Made by a program: the position numbers and the translations under genes. A stretch of 63,780 nucleotides of DNA, filler included, from Choristocarpus tenellus KU-1152 (taxonomy: Eukaryota > Protista > Phaeophyceae): assembly GCA_964200185.2 (NCBI GenBank). It is 12 parts of 12 records of this genome, joined end to end, with 100 filler letters (N's around TTAATTAATTAA, not from the genome) between each part and the next. Parts side by side here need not be neighbours in the genome. Positions count along the whole stretch, not along the records: positions 12,656 to 17,631 come from CAXNAD020012303.1; positions 17,732 to 20,594 come from CAXNAD020024125.1; positions 20,695 to 28,859 come from CAXNAD020005056.1; 9 more parts are not named here. One strand, written 5' to 3'. Shown here one piece after another: positions 12,556 through 25,410 of the stretch (positions within the stretch are counted from its first letter, which is position 1; each line of letters opens with the position of its first letter). A model generated the notes under the pieces. It was given only the letters and a program-made list of their open reading frames with translations. It made no database searches and was not told the DNA's origin.

Positions 12556-12759
12556 NNNNNNNNNNNNNNNNNNNNNNNNNNNNNNNNNNNNNNNNNNNNT
12601 TAATTAATTAANNNNNNNNNNNNNNNNNNNNNNNNNNNNNNNNNNNNNNNNNNNNCCCCTCCAAGATACTTTGGGTCTGTGGTAGTGCATTGGTGTTCTC
12701 TCCCCAGTAGTAGTGAACAAACGTCTGTTTGATAGGTTGTCACTCAAGTAGAGTACCTG

Positions 12760-13040
12760 ATGATGCACTTGAACGAGTAATGTCACAACCACATATTTTT
12801 AACAATTCTTCCACTCCGAGTCAGTAGTGGACAAACCTTCAATGACTCACTCAAAATAGTCACGTTGTGATGCACTGCCTCAAACCCCATTTGTTCATTC
12901 AGTTACATCAAACGGTAAAACAATTTCCAACACTCGTCACCATTGGGTGAAGACTTCGTTGCACCTCAGGTGTGCTCTGCACAAACTCATCTTGCTTACT
13001 GTTGGCAAACCTCTACAAATCGACACTTCTCTAAATACCC
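12760..13040 (-). pseudogene. Possible Merlin/ISXO2-like transposase remnant
   Basis: Degenerate GDECWKLFYRL..NEQMGFEAVHHN then GLSTTDSEWKN, loosely resembling the SDCWKAY..L...GF.H..VNH...TN.IE..W motif. Confidence 0.25.
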
Positions 13041-13639
13041 TTGTACTTTGCAGGTTACATCTCATGGAGTAACGATTTACGGTAAAAAGAACGATAAGTC
13101 AGTTTCACAGATCACACACAGCTGATATCGAAATTGATATTCCAGCCCTTAGCTATCGTTACCTGCAAGCTTCCCCGACCCTTGTTCTACTATTTTAAGT
13201 CCTATTCGAGACAGCGACATACATTTGAAAGGTGTCAGGGGGAAGACCTTTGCAAGTACATGGCCCTATTATTTCAAGCAGTAGTACCGCCCTCCTCAGC
13301 TGTTAACAAATTACTTCTAGAAAATATTGTCATGGCTGCATTTGGAGCGAATTGGATTGGGATAGAGAATAAAAACTCTTTCTGGGAGTACAGTTCACAA
13401 TCCAATCACCCACAAAGTTACGCCCTCTACTCATTGTTAACCCACCCTCCACCAGCCAAAATACCATGGACACTTTTTCACAACATGACAGTGGCAATAG
13501 TCAAAGCTGATTTCACCATATTTCACCATACCTGCGCACACATAACATCAAAAACATACGCCAGAGTAATCCCAGCAGAAGGTTTTGTCTGCATTAGTAA
13601 AGCTAAGAAGAATCAACAGATCTTTAGATTGGGGGTAAG

Positions 13640-13790
13640 TAACCAAGAGATACCTGTACATTGGTTGAGATTGCGGTATATGCTGTATGCTGATGATGCA
13701 GGCGTTGTGGCATGACTCAAGAGGGTTTGACAAAAGTGATGACCTTCATTGGCACAGTGTGTGAGTCATTTGAACTGACCTTCAAGTGTC
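13640..13790 (+). mobile_element. RTE-type LINE reverse transcriptase fragment
   Basis: MLYADDAGVVA (YADD motif) followed by KVMTFIGTVCESFELT. Confidence 0.75.
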
Positions 13791-16700
13791 AACGGTATTA
13801 CCTCGACCAGGTCCAAATCCCTGAAGTAGAATGTTACTAGGCAACATTTACAATGAATGATTATCAGCATAATGGTCATACACTAACTTCATCTTTGATG
13901 TTTGGGTTAAATGCACCATGATGAGTAGGGAAATGCGTGTGGGGTATATGGATCACCTCAACATTGTTGATCATAAATCGTATTCCGTAAGGTAGAGCAA
14001 CCACAGTCACCATCAGCATTGCTGTGGATGTCACTCAAGTCTGTGAGGCACACTTTAAAATTTGGGAACCCACATGCACTTCCTGGTAGAATTTCACCCT
14101 GGCTCCTTGTAGTGCCTCAAAGCGTGAATTATTTCCTCCAAGTCAGTTTTTTTGGGGAAGTGTGCAAGACTTTGAAGCCTGAGGAAAGGGGACGCAGAAG
14201 AGAGACTACGAGCCAAATCAGTTGAGAGGTAGGCAGGGCTGCATTTCAAGGATATCGAGAAAGGGCTGCAAGAAAGCTCTTGCAATTTGCAGGTAGAGCC
14301 TTGCTTAATTGCGGTTTCACCTTGTGCGCGGAAAGGGGGAGTATCAATTTTGCGTACAATATTGTGCATACTTCATTTTAAAGCAATGAAACGGAGTGCG
14401 TTGCACAAGGTAAGAAAGACGACTTAGAATGCAAAAGGGTCCAAATCTGTCTACCTCTCAATTGATACGACTCTCATGCGTGGAGCAGGTTAAGTTTTTT
14501 CGCAATGGAGCATGAACACCTCGTCATGTAGGAGTTTTGCAAACGTCCAAGGAAATTGTTGAAGGATCCTTCCTGGTATCCACTAACCCCAAGAACGAGG
14601 GACAGACTGGTGAGGCTACTAACATCACTTCCACTATCTATGATCATTAGGGTGGCAGACACCTTGTTGAGGAAGGGATGAAGATGGTATGCGACATGAT
14701 CATAAGGAGTGTGTGAGAAACGGGTAAGGATAACAGATGAGAAAAGGATTGAGAAGAGGCAAAAATCGAAATCCCAGAGTGCATTGTAAAACCATCCCAA
14801 CCCTAGGCCTGCTGACAAAACAAAACACTGATCTATGCAGGGGGGTAAGGCCTTTTTTGGGAGCACTCCCAGGCTTAGGGAACACAAAGTGGATTTTTTT
14901 TTTTTCTCATCTCATCTCATTTTCGAATCGTCTTGATGTCATTTCAGAACCATTTGACGCGTTTTTGGGGACGTTTTGAAGACATTTTCACACCTTTTGA
15001 GCCACCGATCACTAACAAAGACCCCTGAAGCTCCAGCTGGCAACCACTTTAGCTAAAAAACTGTTCATTTGCAGCATGCATAACACAATGCCATGCCCAC
15101 TAAGGGAGATTGAGTAAGAGGATAAATAAGAGCAAGAAATTGTATTTGATGTGGAAGCAGAATTGGTCAGGGGTGACAACACCAACACCAACACCAACCT
15201 CAACCGAAACTTGACTTCCACAACAGTAGTAGGTCGTGCTTAAACAATTCTGCTGAAAGATTTTATCACTGTTTATCCAAAGCACATCATGCACAGGCAC
15301 CATAATATCCCAAAGAGTGACAGCCCACCCACACTGAAAAAAAAAGCATTTGCGTTCAGCCCACAACTCTTGACCTATCAAAACAATCAATACTTCAAAT
15401 CAACTGAGAAAATTTAATTTCTCTTTCTTCTCATGCATTGGATCCAATCTGGCATTCATTTACCCACGCCATCCCTTGCACCTCCACTCCCAGACATGCA
15501 GCATCATAGTGCAAGATACTATCACCAAAGTCTTATATATTGGGGTAGTAGAGGACAGGGTAGAGGTCTGGGCATTTATGTAAAAAAGTGAGCAAATCTT
15601 CAACTCCTGCCAATACAATCCACTTAATCAACTTTCTGCATTGCTTGGATAATCCACACTTTCAAAGGCTTTCCTCCTCTACTTCCCCAGTCTTGAACTG
15701 TTATCCTATCCACGACCCCTCAAGATCAGACTCCCATGTATTTTCGAGACTGCATTCATAATGGGCATACATGGAATCCCAGTCATACCTCACAGTCAAT
15801 TAGGATCTGGCTGTTGCCAATAGCACTCAAATATTGCTAAAATCAAGAGGTCTCCTAATAAACACCTCAAAGACCTTCCCATGAAGATCTGGTACCAGTC
15901 ATCAGTATCCACCTACAGGTCTCATTCACTCATCTTCACCCCTGTAAAAATGTGCATGGCATGTCTGCACTTGCACCCCTTCCCCCTCAAACCTCTAAGA
16001 CTTCATCACCCCTTGGCAGTTACATTCCCTCAAGCCCTACACCAAAGAAGTAAAACACCCTTGTAAAGTAAAACAACCTGTCACAATTGTCACCAAGGCT
16101 CATCACCTCTGGGGTCCAGACTTCCTTCAAGTGCCTCTCAGCTTGTGATGTGGGGGGTGGGGGGGTAAGGGGAAGGATTGGTGGGAAGAAAAACACACAG
16201 AAAGGGCTAGTCACTATAAACAAAGGTTGAGGCAACCACCTGGTGACCTGCTTTCTCCATGAGGTCTTCAACAGTGCTTGGTGCTGTGACAGAAAGGGAT
16301 CAGAAGCAATGGAAACCCGGTTCAGTGCAGGTTAGACCATTGCAATGGATAAAGAACTTAAAGATAAAGCTAGGAGCTGAAGCATATGGCCGACCTCTTA
16401 TCCATGTACAGGATCACTCCTTGGTCCTACTCAGATCATGTTTCAATTAAAAAACAGGTATTTGTGCTACAATGATCAGACGTAATCACAGGGTTACAAG
16501 CTACACTACCTTACGAGTCTCTACACTTCAACAAACCTGCAATAGCCACTAACTGAAAAACAACAGGCAACACTTCGATACCAGGGAGCAATCCACCTTA
16601 TGGGAATCATGGGGCCAATAACTCAACCCCTCAAACATTAACTACTCCGTATGTATGATCTACCATAACATAACCACAGTGGGCATCATCCCTCACATTC

Positions 16701-19700
16701 ACCTCAATACAGCCACTTCACTATGCACCGTCATCCCTTTCCCTTCCACAATAATAGGTGAACAACACACAGAGGTGCTGCACCAAGGGACTAGGGGACT
16801 GCATCAAGGTGTGGAGTAGCCAGCTTCGCACAAAACTTCCCTTTGTGTGTTTAGACTACAACACCATTCTACTCTCTTTGCCAAAAGCAAGCCATGTGAT
16901 GCTGCTCTTCCTGAATTAATATCAGAAACAGCACTATGTTGCAAACATCACTGAATTACAAGTAGTACAGCATACAGTATAGTACATGGGTATAATGGGA
17001 TATTCGATCCTATCCCCAATAAAACTGTGAAATGTATCGACGGAAACATAGTGACTGTCCGGCGATAGAGCTAAACTGTGAAATGAAATGAAATTGTGTT
17101 AGGGTTAGTGTACTTGATACTGATATGAAGTTACACATCACTCAAGACTGGGAAATCTAATAGATCCTCTACAAGGGAGTCCACCAACTTCTCAACCACA
17201 AACACTAGCCTACTTACAATCCCAGGGAGAAACATGTAGTGGTGGGGCAACAGGGGCTACCAGTATCTACAAGCCTGATGCACAAAAATAAATTTTCAAG
17301 GTTGGTGTAAATATAAAGAGCTTCATCCCTCGGTGATGACTCCCTTTTTAAATCTAGCTCTATTAGTAGTAGTACCCCAATAGGACACCTGGCCTCACCA
17401 CCCCTAATCCAACCTCTTTGTCCAAGTAATACCAGGATTCAACCAACAATCCCTAACCTTAATTTAATATCAATTAACACATCTTCTGAACTCCAATCAC
17501 GCTGCAAAACTTCTAACTACTCTTAGTCATTTGAGGAATAAATCCTATGCACTTATTTCTGAGTATGTTATTACCCTAGACCTATTTCTAGCCAACACAC
17601 AATCATTCCCACCAGAAAATTGATTCCCCCCNNNNNNNNNNNNNNNNNNNNNNNNNNNNNNNNNNNNNNNNNNNNTTAATTAATTAANNNNNNNNNNNNN
17701 NNNNNNNNNNNNNNNNNNNNNNNNNNNNNNNTACTTCGTCCGGACCGAAACGGATGCCCCCACAAACCACCCCCCCCCCTAAGATACTTTAACCCCCTGC
17801 AACCTAATATCAATAAATTCCCTTTCAAACCTAAGTCCAACGCAATAAACATATACTCAATACAATAGTGAGTTCTCGGGGGCGAGGATTCCTCCTCATC
17901 TACGTATGGGTGATAGGAAGTCCTTTGTACAAGCAAGCTGCATATTCTTCCAGGTATAATATATTGGAAACTTTATTGCACATTTTACCATTAGACTTCG
18001 TAAGTGGGGAGATTGATAATGCCTTTGATCAGATATTTTATTCTGTGCGAACAATCAATGAGCTCAGTCTAGCAGCAAAGGGCAACCAAGGGCAACCCAA
18101 TTGTAATGTACTAACACCCAATACTTGAGGTAGGATGGCATTACGGATGCCACACATTTGTCAGGTATTGTTATGGAGAAAATGGGGGAAAAGAAGCAAA
18201 TTCGGTGGTACATCGAGCACATTCTATCCAAACTCCATGGTCAAAACACAATCACATGCACTGTAGTTGCAGACACAATTAGAGAACACCCACAATGCTA
18301 CAAAACAACCTACAGCGGCAAGCAAGCGATTATGCAGTTACATCCCGTCATTACTTTCCGAAAGACAACATGTATCTATCTGCTTAACATACTTCACACC
18401 AAGACCTTACAATATCCAAGGGAAAAGCTAATCACCTTTATCCACAAAGCGCATCTATCCTCTTGATTTTATAGATACATAAAACAATTGCACTACCAAA
18501 TCTGGATAGGGATAAAAAAAAAAAAATGTAAAAAAAATCCATTGGTACCAGAAATGAAACGCAAGACCAACTTTGTTCAACAAGATCATCTTAAGATGTA
18601 ACATATGAAACGTAAGTGTCACATCAAACTGGTGAGATGTGTATGCACCCTCCATCCTCCTCCCCTGCCACTTCGCCTTGGCATCACCAGTGTTGCCGAT
18701 TGTAGCAAATGAATTGATATGATTGTATTAGATTTCGATTAATCGAAACAGAAATTTGAGGGACGATCTTGCGTCAAACCAACTTAGAGGCAGACAGGAT
18801 TACATGTAAGGATTCCGACAAAGGGCAAAAGTATGGGTTTTTTGTGCAATCGCAGAAAGAGCCACTGTTGAAATGTGGTGTCGCTTTGTATGTCAAAAGA
18901 AGGGAGAATAACGATTTTGTGTGCACTATTCCGCACATAAATCAAATAGACAAGTGTGTATTGCATAGGGTGAGAAAGATGTCTGGCAAAAGAGTCCAAA
19001 CCTGCCTATCTCTCAATTGGATATCTTACGCGCGCGCTTGCGCTGCAGACATTGCCCACGAAGCTCAACTATTCTGACGCTATCATTCGTGTGCTCCGTG
19101 CACGTTTTGATCACAACTAGGTGAATTCCTCGACATAACCGATATATTCACAACACTAGCCATCACACACTAGTTGCATAAAAACCCTAACCCTCATGAT
19201 TCACTATGTATTAAATAAGAAACTTCCGGTTTACAGTGATGGTGTTGATCTCCTAAAGAAATAGGAGAGTAAGGCTACAAATCGTGGGAGGGTCAACCAG
19301 GTCGGTATGACATTTATTTTGACGACATAGGTTACATCCAATATACAATCCACTACTTATTTCGCAGAGAGGTCATATACCGTACAGTCCTCCGAACTAC
19401 TACAGAACATGTTCACAGATTCCAGCTCATTTGTTGGCATGGAGGTTCTCACAAGTATGTCACATAACACGATATACAGTTTTTCATTGAAGCTGCCACA
19501 GCAGAATCTTTTCCAAACAATAGCAAATACATCATTTCTTACTACAACTACAAGTGTTCAAGAAAAGATACAATGGTAGTACCTTGACTGCGAGGGTTCC
19601 AAGGAACTGGGAAATCTAGATCCTAAGCTCTCTAAGCGGACTTCTGTTAGGCAGCCTGTGGGATAGGATACTTCAGTCAGGTAGTCTAATAACAAATGCA

Positions 19701-20539
19701 TCCAGTTGAAGCGAGATGTGCAGTGTTCCCAGATACTTGCGTGTAAGGGGGTCTATGTGGCTCGAGTGAGGGATCCTGTTCACCAAGACCACAAGGCGAT
19801 TGGCCAAAGGGGTCTCCTGGACCCCTTGCCAATGAGACCCTACAAAATCAAAGAATTGTTTGACTTGGGAACAGTGAATACTATTACTAGTTATGTTATC
19901 ATGCAGGGGAAAACCGGACAACCCCTCCGTACGGACTTCTGTCCACCCCTGCACCACCTCTGAGCCCCTGCTGCCGCCCCCCCACCAACCCAACCCTCTC
20001 CCTTCTCCCAATCCCCACTGACGACATAGCCATGGTCTCAATCTGTCGTTCCACGGCCTCTAAATTATGTTCGTAGGCCTTTTTCAGCCAATACCCCGTC
20101 CACCACCCCCCACCCCCAACAACAGAGGGTGTTTGAAAGGGGGATGTATTGTGGTTTGTTGTGCCATCCAAAACAAAAAAAGTGCAAGGGGGAAAAAGGA
20201 GTTTGGATTAGTGACACGATTAGGGACCTTCCTGGACAAGAAGGATGTTGGCATGTTGACACAAAGAGGTACACACCCACACACACACCCACACCCACAA
20301 AAGTAACATGAAAACGAAATGGCACCTAGCCAAAGTTTATAGCAATAAAATGGAAAGTCACCACAATGGAAATATTTTTTGGACTTGCAAGAAGACATTA
20401 AAAAAAAGTTATTTTTGCTGATGTAAGAATGCGCTGTTCCATGGCAACAAATATGATGTTGATATTGCTATGTGGGTCACTACAGAAGTACAATGTACAT
20501 TGTTGCACTATTCCCTTCAGTGGAGTGAAACAAACATCA

Positions 20540-20594
20540 GGGTCAAAGTATCTTGGGGGGGGGGGTGTCGTCATCCGTTTTTCACCTTTTTTTC
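20540..20594. mobile_element. End of Sola2-type MITE, family B (poly-G subterminal), truncated by a gap
   Basis: gggtcaaagtatcttggggggggggggtgtcgtcatccgttttt matches 36874 and 43416. Confidence 0.75.
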
Positions 20595-20739
20595 NNNNNN
20601 NNNNNNNNNNNNNNNNNNNNNNNNNNNNNNNNNNNNNNTTAATTAATTAANNNNNNNNNNNNNNNNNNNNNNNNNNNNNNNNNNNNNNNNNNNNGAGTAG
20701 GGTAGATGGGAAGATAAGGAAGACAGTAGTACAATATTT

Positions 20740-20940
20740 GATAGTGGTGAAGTAACTGATAAGTGGTTTCCACACTTACAATGTTTTATAGTGTTCTTAT
20801 GTTTAGGACATTTTATATACACATATGTATATAGTTTTGATTGGTTTCCCCCTGACACATCTGCAAAATGTCAGAGGGCATAATAATAAAAATGGAAAAG
20901 GGAGGTCACGAATGTCAGAGGGCATAGTAATAAAATAAAA
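20740..20940 (+). repeat. Short dispersed element ending in the TGTCAGAGGGCATAATAA module, with the terminus tandemly duplicated
   Basis: gatagtggtgaagtaactgat...cctgacacatctgcaaaatgtcagagggcataataataaaa matches 23545-23675 and the reverse complement of 23783-23940. Confidence 0.8.
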
Positions 20941-20954
20941 GGAGGGTCAAATCC

Positions 20955-21303
20955 TCCTACCTAGACAGTCTTTGTTACAATGCAATTGTTACTGCCCTGG
21001 CGTGTCTGCGTTTTAAGCTGGAGTCACCAGGGAGATGGGCAAGGAGAGCCTTGTTAGATTCTTGAGATGCTTCCCTACCTTCTTACCCTGGGGTGCAGGA
21101 ATAGATTTGAGACACGGGAAGGCAGTAGTAGTACAACATAGATAGATATGTAGTAGTAGTAAAATAGGAAATAGATTAACGTTTTCACTTTTTTTGTGAC
21201 AACTGACACCTTATTTAGGGATTTTTCAGACACGTAAATAGTTTTCATCGGTTTTTCCCATGACACATCTACAAAATGTAAGAGGGCATAATAATAAATA
21301 AAA
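20955..21303 (+). mobile_element. CRE-like 3' end plus terminal module
   Basis: tttaagctggagtcaccagggagatgg...ttgttagattcttgagatgcttccct...aatagattaacgttttcac...tgtaagagggcataataataaa is colinear with 8770-9050. Confidence 0.8.
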
Positions 21304-22247
21304 GTATACGACATGTAGTGTTTTCGTTTGGTTATGTTCTGTTCTTAAAACGTGTCATACATTTCAAGATAGAGACACCAAGCGATCTGTCAGATTCTTG
21401 GGATGGTTGCCTAGGTCCTCGCCCACCTTTTACTTTGACTCATTCAAAAGCCCAACTATTAATTTCGCGTTCAAGTTGCAGAAGGGAAGAACAAAAGTTC
21501 TGCGCTAGAGCAAATATCGTACTCGGGAGTTCTACGTAGCAGGTTGTCTCAGAAATCACAGATTCGTGCTGACAGGGTCATTTCCCAACAACCAGGTAGT
21601 TTGAAACTTCATTGCTGTAATACTATGGATTAAGCCACAATGAATTAACTATCCTGGTACTCCAGAGTAGTCAGCTTACAGTGTTGTTCCATGAGTTAGG
21701 ACAGTGCTTTTGCAGCACAGTCGATCGGATTCATCCAAAGATGTGCCATGCATTTCGAGGTAGAGATACCAAGGCCGTTGGGCAAAGTAGGACTTCACAG
21801 ACTCGTCATGTGACCCATCCTATTCCCTCGCTTGTTCCTATACCGCCTTTGTAGCACCAACTTACGAGTAGTTTCTACGCGAATCCATGTTCACACACAC
21901 TATAATGGTACTGACTGACTATGCCTCCAATCGATTGTAATGATATAGCCTAACGGACATGGGAATCCGGTCAAATTTTCCATGTGGGAATGGGTTCGAT
22001 AGTAGTTGATTGCAGAATTGTTTTCAAGAATCATACAGAGTAGGGAGATACTTTCCACGGTTAGGGTTTGGGGTTGGAAGTTGGGGTTAAGGTCAGGTTT
22101 AGGGTTGGGATTTGTGAAGGTGAACAACGATGGAGAGAAGAATCCCAATATCGAACATGAAACACTTTATTTTCTTCTTTCCAAGTCACGTTTAAAGATA
22201 AATAATATTTGGCTTTACCTCATACAAATTATTACTATGTTAATTGT

Positions 22248-23105
22248 TATGCCCTCTGACATTTTCCAGATATGACATGGGAAAAACCAATGAAAAACTC
22301 TTCACATGTCAGAAAAATCCCTTAAGAAGGAAAAGTTGTCACAAATGTGAAAAACATTTATCTATTTGTTATTTTACTGCTATGTTGTACCACTGTCTTC
22401 CAGTGTCTCCAATCTACCTATTCTTGCACCCCAGCACCCAGGGTGAGGAGCTAGGGAAGCATCCCAAGAATCTAACAAACCCCTCTTCGCCCATCTCTGT
22501 GGTGACTCCAGCTTAAACGCATGACACGTCTAGACAGGGCCACCTGCATTGTTACCGAGACCATTTTGTGTAGGCAGGATTTGACCGTCCCTTTCCTGGC
22601 ATAGCCTCGAGTTCCTCTCCCCCCTACCGTGCGTGTAGCCAACTCATCCAGGAAACGTTCCGCTTGCTTGCCGAGGTGCCCAAAACTTTCCACCGCGAAG
22701 GTGTTGAGGTTATATCTACGAGGATCAAAAGTCCTCGTAGTGGGTGCGCTTTCATGCTTCAGCTGCAGCAACAGCTATACCAGTGCTGGTGGATGAATGT
22801 GGAAGATGAGAGGTTTGCCTGCAGTTCAGCAAATAATGTAACATCTAGAAAGAGACCTTTGTCCCCGAAAGAGGCTAATCTAGCGTCCGCAAGTAGTGCC
22901 CCTGCATGGAAGACTAGATCCATGCGGAAATTCCTGTTCTACAGTGAAGGGGCTACCTTCCCCTGTAGTGCAAGGGATGCCCATTCCCTTGCATAGTTGG
23001 CTTTGGCGTTTCACCATAGGGTTGTGTTGTCGCACCTGACCTTCTGCCCTGGGGCAGGTACAGGCATGTCTAGTGTCGACATTTTTCCTCCTGCGCCCAG
23101 ACACC
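22248..23105 (-). mobile_element. CRE-like non-LTR 3' fragment (His/Cys motif, RLE domain, 3' UTR, terminal module)
   Basis: VDTRHACTCPRAEGQVRQHNPMV; RMDLVF...GLFLDVT; FDPRRYNLNTFAVESFGHLGKQAERFLDELAT...KGTVK...VSVTMQVALSRRV. Confidence 0.88.
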
Positions 23106-23432
23106 ACCACCTATTTAACACAGCGTCCTATATCAGTTAAATAAATAGTTGACATTCACATACATAAATTAGTACCATTATTGAGAAATGTGAGAAATAT
23201 GTCAGAACAAATATGAATGTAATTTTTGTAATATCAGTCTCACATTTTCGAAATGTTTTAAAAGAAAAGCCGATGGAAAAGGCACTTACTTGAAAAATAT
23301 CCTCCCTTTGTAGAAAAAAAAGAAGTCAATTAAATATCAACACAACTACTGAAAAAGTAAATGGAAGACATATTTCTATCTATTTACTATTTGACTACTT
23401 ATATTGCACAATTATATATTTGTGGAAGATGT

Positions 23433-23940
23433 ATGTCAGTGGGCATAATAAAAAATGTATATATACCTTCTCACATTTTTTATTATTATGCCCACTGACA
23501 TTTTGCAGATATGTCAGGGGGGAAACCAACGAAAACTATATGCTGATAGTGGTGAAGTAACTGATTAGTGGTTTCCACGCATTGTCTTATAGTNNNNNNN
23601 NNNATACACATATGTATATAGTTTTCATTGGTTTTCCCCTGACACATCTGCAAAATATCAGAGGGCATAATAATATAAATATATATGTCGTTGTTAGCCC
23701 TAAAGAAATAAAGTATCCTAAACATAAGAACACTATAAAACATTGTGTCGAAACCACTAATCAGTTACTTCACCTGTATGTATTATTATATGCCCTCTGA
23801 CATTTTGCAGATGTGTCAGGTGGGAAACCAATGAAAACTATATATTTGTTAGCCCTAACTAAAGAATCCTATATCCTAAACATAAGAACACTATAAAACA
23901 TTGTGTGGAAACCACTAATCAGCTACTTCACCTGTATCAA
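23433..23940. repeat. Cluster of inverted and tandem copies of the TGCCCTCTGACA module (foldback/MITE-like)
   Basis: 23486-23670 carries ~55-bp inverted termini. 23433-23451 and 23482-23500 are perfect inverted repeats. A further copy lies at 23783-23940. Confidence 0.8.
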
Positions 23941-25333
23941 ATATTGTACATTTTTGTAGAAACCACTACAATGACAACGCTAATAAAATTATAAACAGAA
24001 TATGTCAAAGTTAACAGTGTATATGAAATTAGTTGTACCGTTCGCGTCAAATGCCGTACCGTCTTTCAGATCTTGCTTCATAGCCGTCAGGAAATTTCGG
24101 GACGAGCAATGAATAGATTAAGAAATACAAATAATGAATGGCCCACATAATAGTCTTCAATCAAATCATTTTATTACAGATCAACCCGCCCCCCCACAGT
24201 CCTTAACACCTTACTAACAACACGAGAAAGGTCTCGACGAAGGAAAGAAGAAAGACTTTCAGAGCTTCAGAGTTCAAGGTACAGATATAGATTCGAATCA
24301 GCCCCCTCCAGACTTTCCTGGATAGGGAGAGAGGTGGGTTCCCCGATCTCAACTCATCCTTGAACGTCTTGCCTCTTGTTCGGCTCAACCAATGGCCTTC
24401 TACATGGTGACTCCTGCACCACCTGGTAACCTTTGAGGAGAGGGCCTCGGAACCTCGACCCTGTCCGGCACTTACCTCAAAGTTCATACCACCTGTACTC
24501 TTAGGAGCCTCAAGTGTAGTGTATTTGTAGGCGTGCATATATTTTTCGTTCGCAATTCACGGCATGTCATAATGTCGTACTTTGTGCGACAGTCGTGGTG
24601 TGGCGACAACAGCAACGGGCTGCAGTTGAAAGTATGTTTGGAGCTATCATCTCGTTTCATTCGTTAGTAAGTTTCTTTCCCTGTGACGTTTAATTGAAAC
24701 GCTTGGGGAGGCGTGTAAAAGCGCAGAACCCAAGTTTGGCCCCCAAGCAATTAACTGAGCCTATGAGTGGATGGTGCTTTACCCATATCCTAGCTTGCTT
24801 GTTGTGTTGCGAATCTCACGCATGTATATTGCAGTTAAGCTCACGATTGGTGGCAACCAACCATGCCCTGCATCTCAACACCTTTCGAGGGGACAGAGGT
24901 TTTCCCCTGGGGAAGATGTTCGAGCCCTGGTTCGCCGTATGGTGCTTGTTTTGGGAATTGACGCGAGTGGCAGCCGTGCATTCCCTGGTGTAGACAAAAG
25001 CGACGTTCGACGGCGCGGTTATGACACTGGAGGCAGCTGGCCTTCAATACCAGGCAAGGAGTCAGGACGAGTTAATGCTGTGCTGTACAGATGGTATCTC
25101 GGAGTTGCAAATTATTCCCCACTTTCGTTGTAGACAGCAATATAGTTCACTTCAGCCACACACATGTCCACCCGTCCAGATCCCCCTTGGTTTTTGGGCC
25201 TCGAAAGCCAGAGAAATCTTAACTGCCTGTGTTGTGCAAGACTGCTCGCTGTTCCTTTCCATCCGTGGGTGAGAACGTAGCTTCTGAGATTGAAAGCCGC
25301 TACTAGAGTTGTATTCCTTCGTCCCTCTTCTCT

Positions 25334-25410
25334 GTACTTCGTACCTGAAGTTCTTCGTATCTGAAGTTTTTTGTACGTCAAGTTCTTCGTACCCCAAGTA
25401 CTTCGTAGAC
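25334..25410. repeat. 16-bp tandem repeat (ttcttcgtacctgaag-like), ~5 units
   Basis: tacttcgtacctgaagttcttcgtatctgaagttttttgtacgtcaagttcttcgtaccccaagtacttcgtag. Confidence 0.8.
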
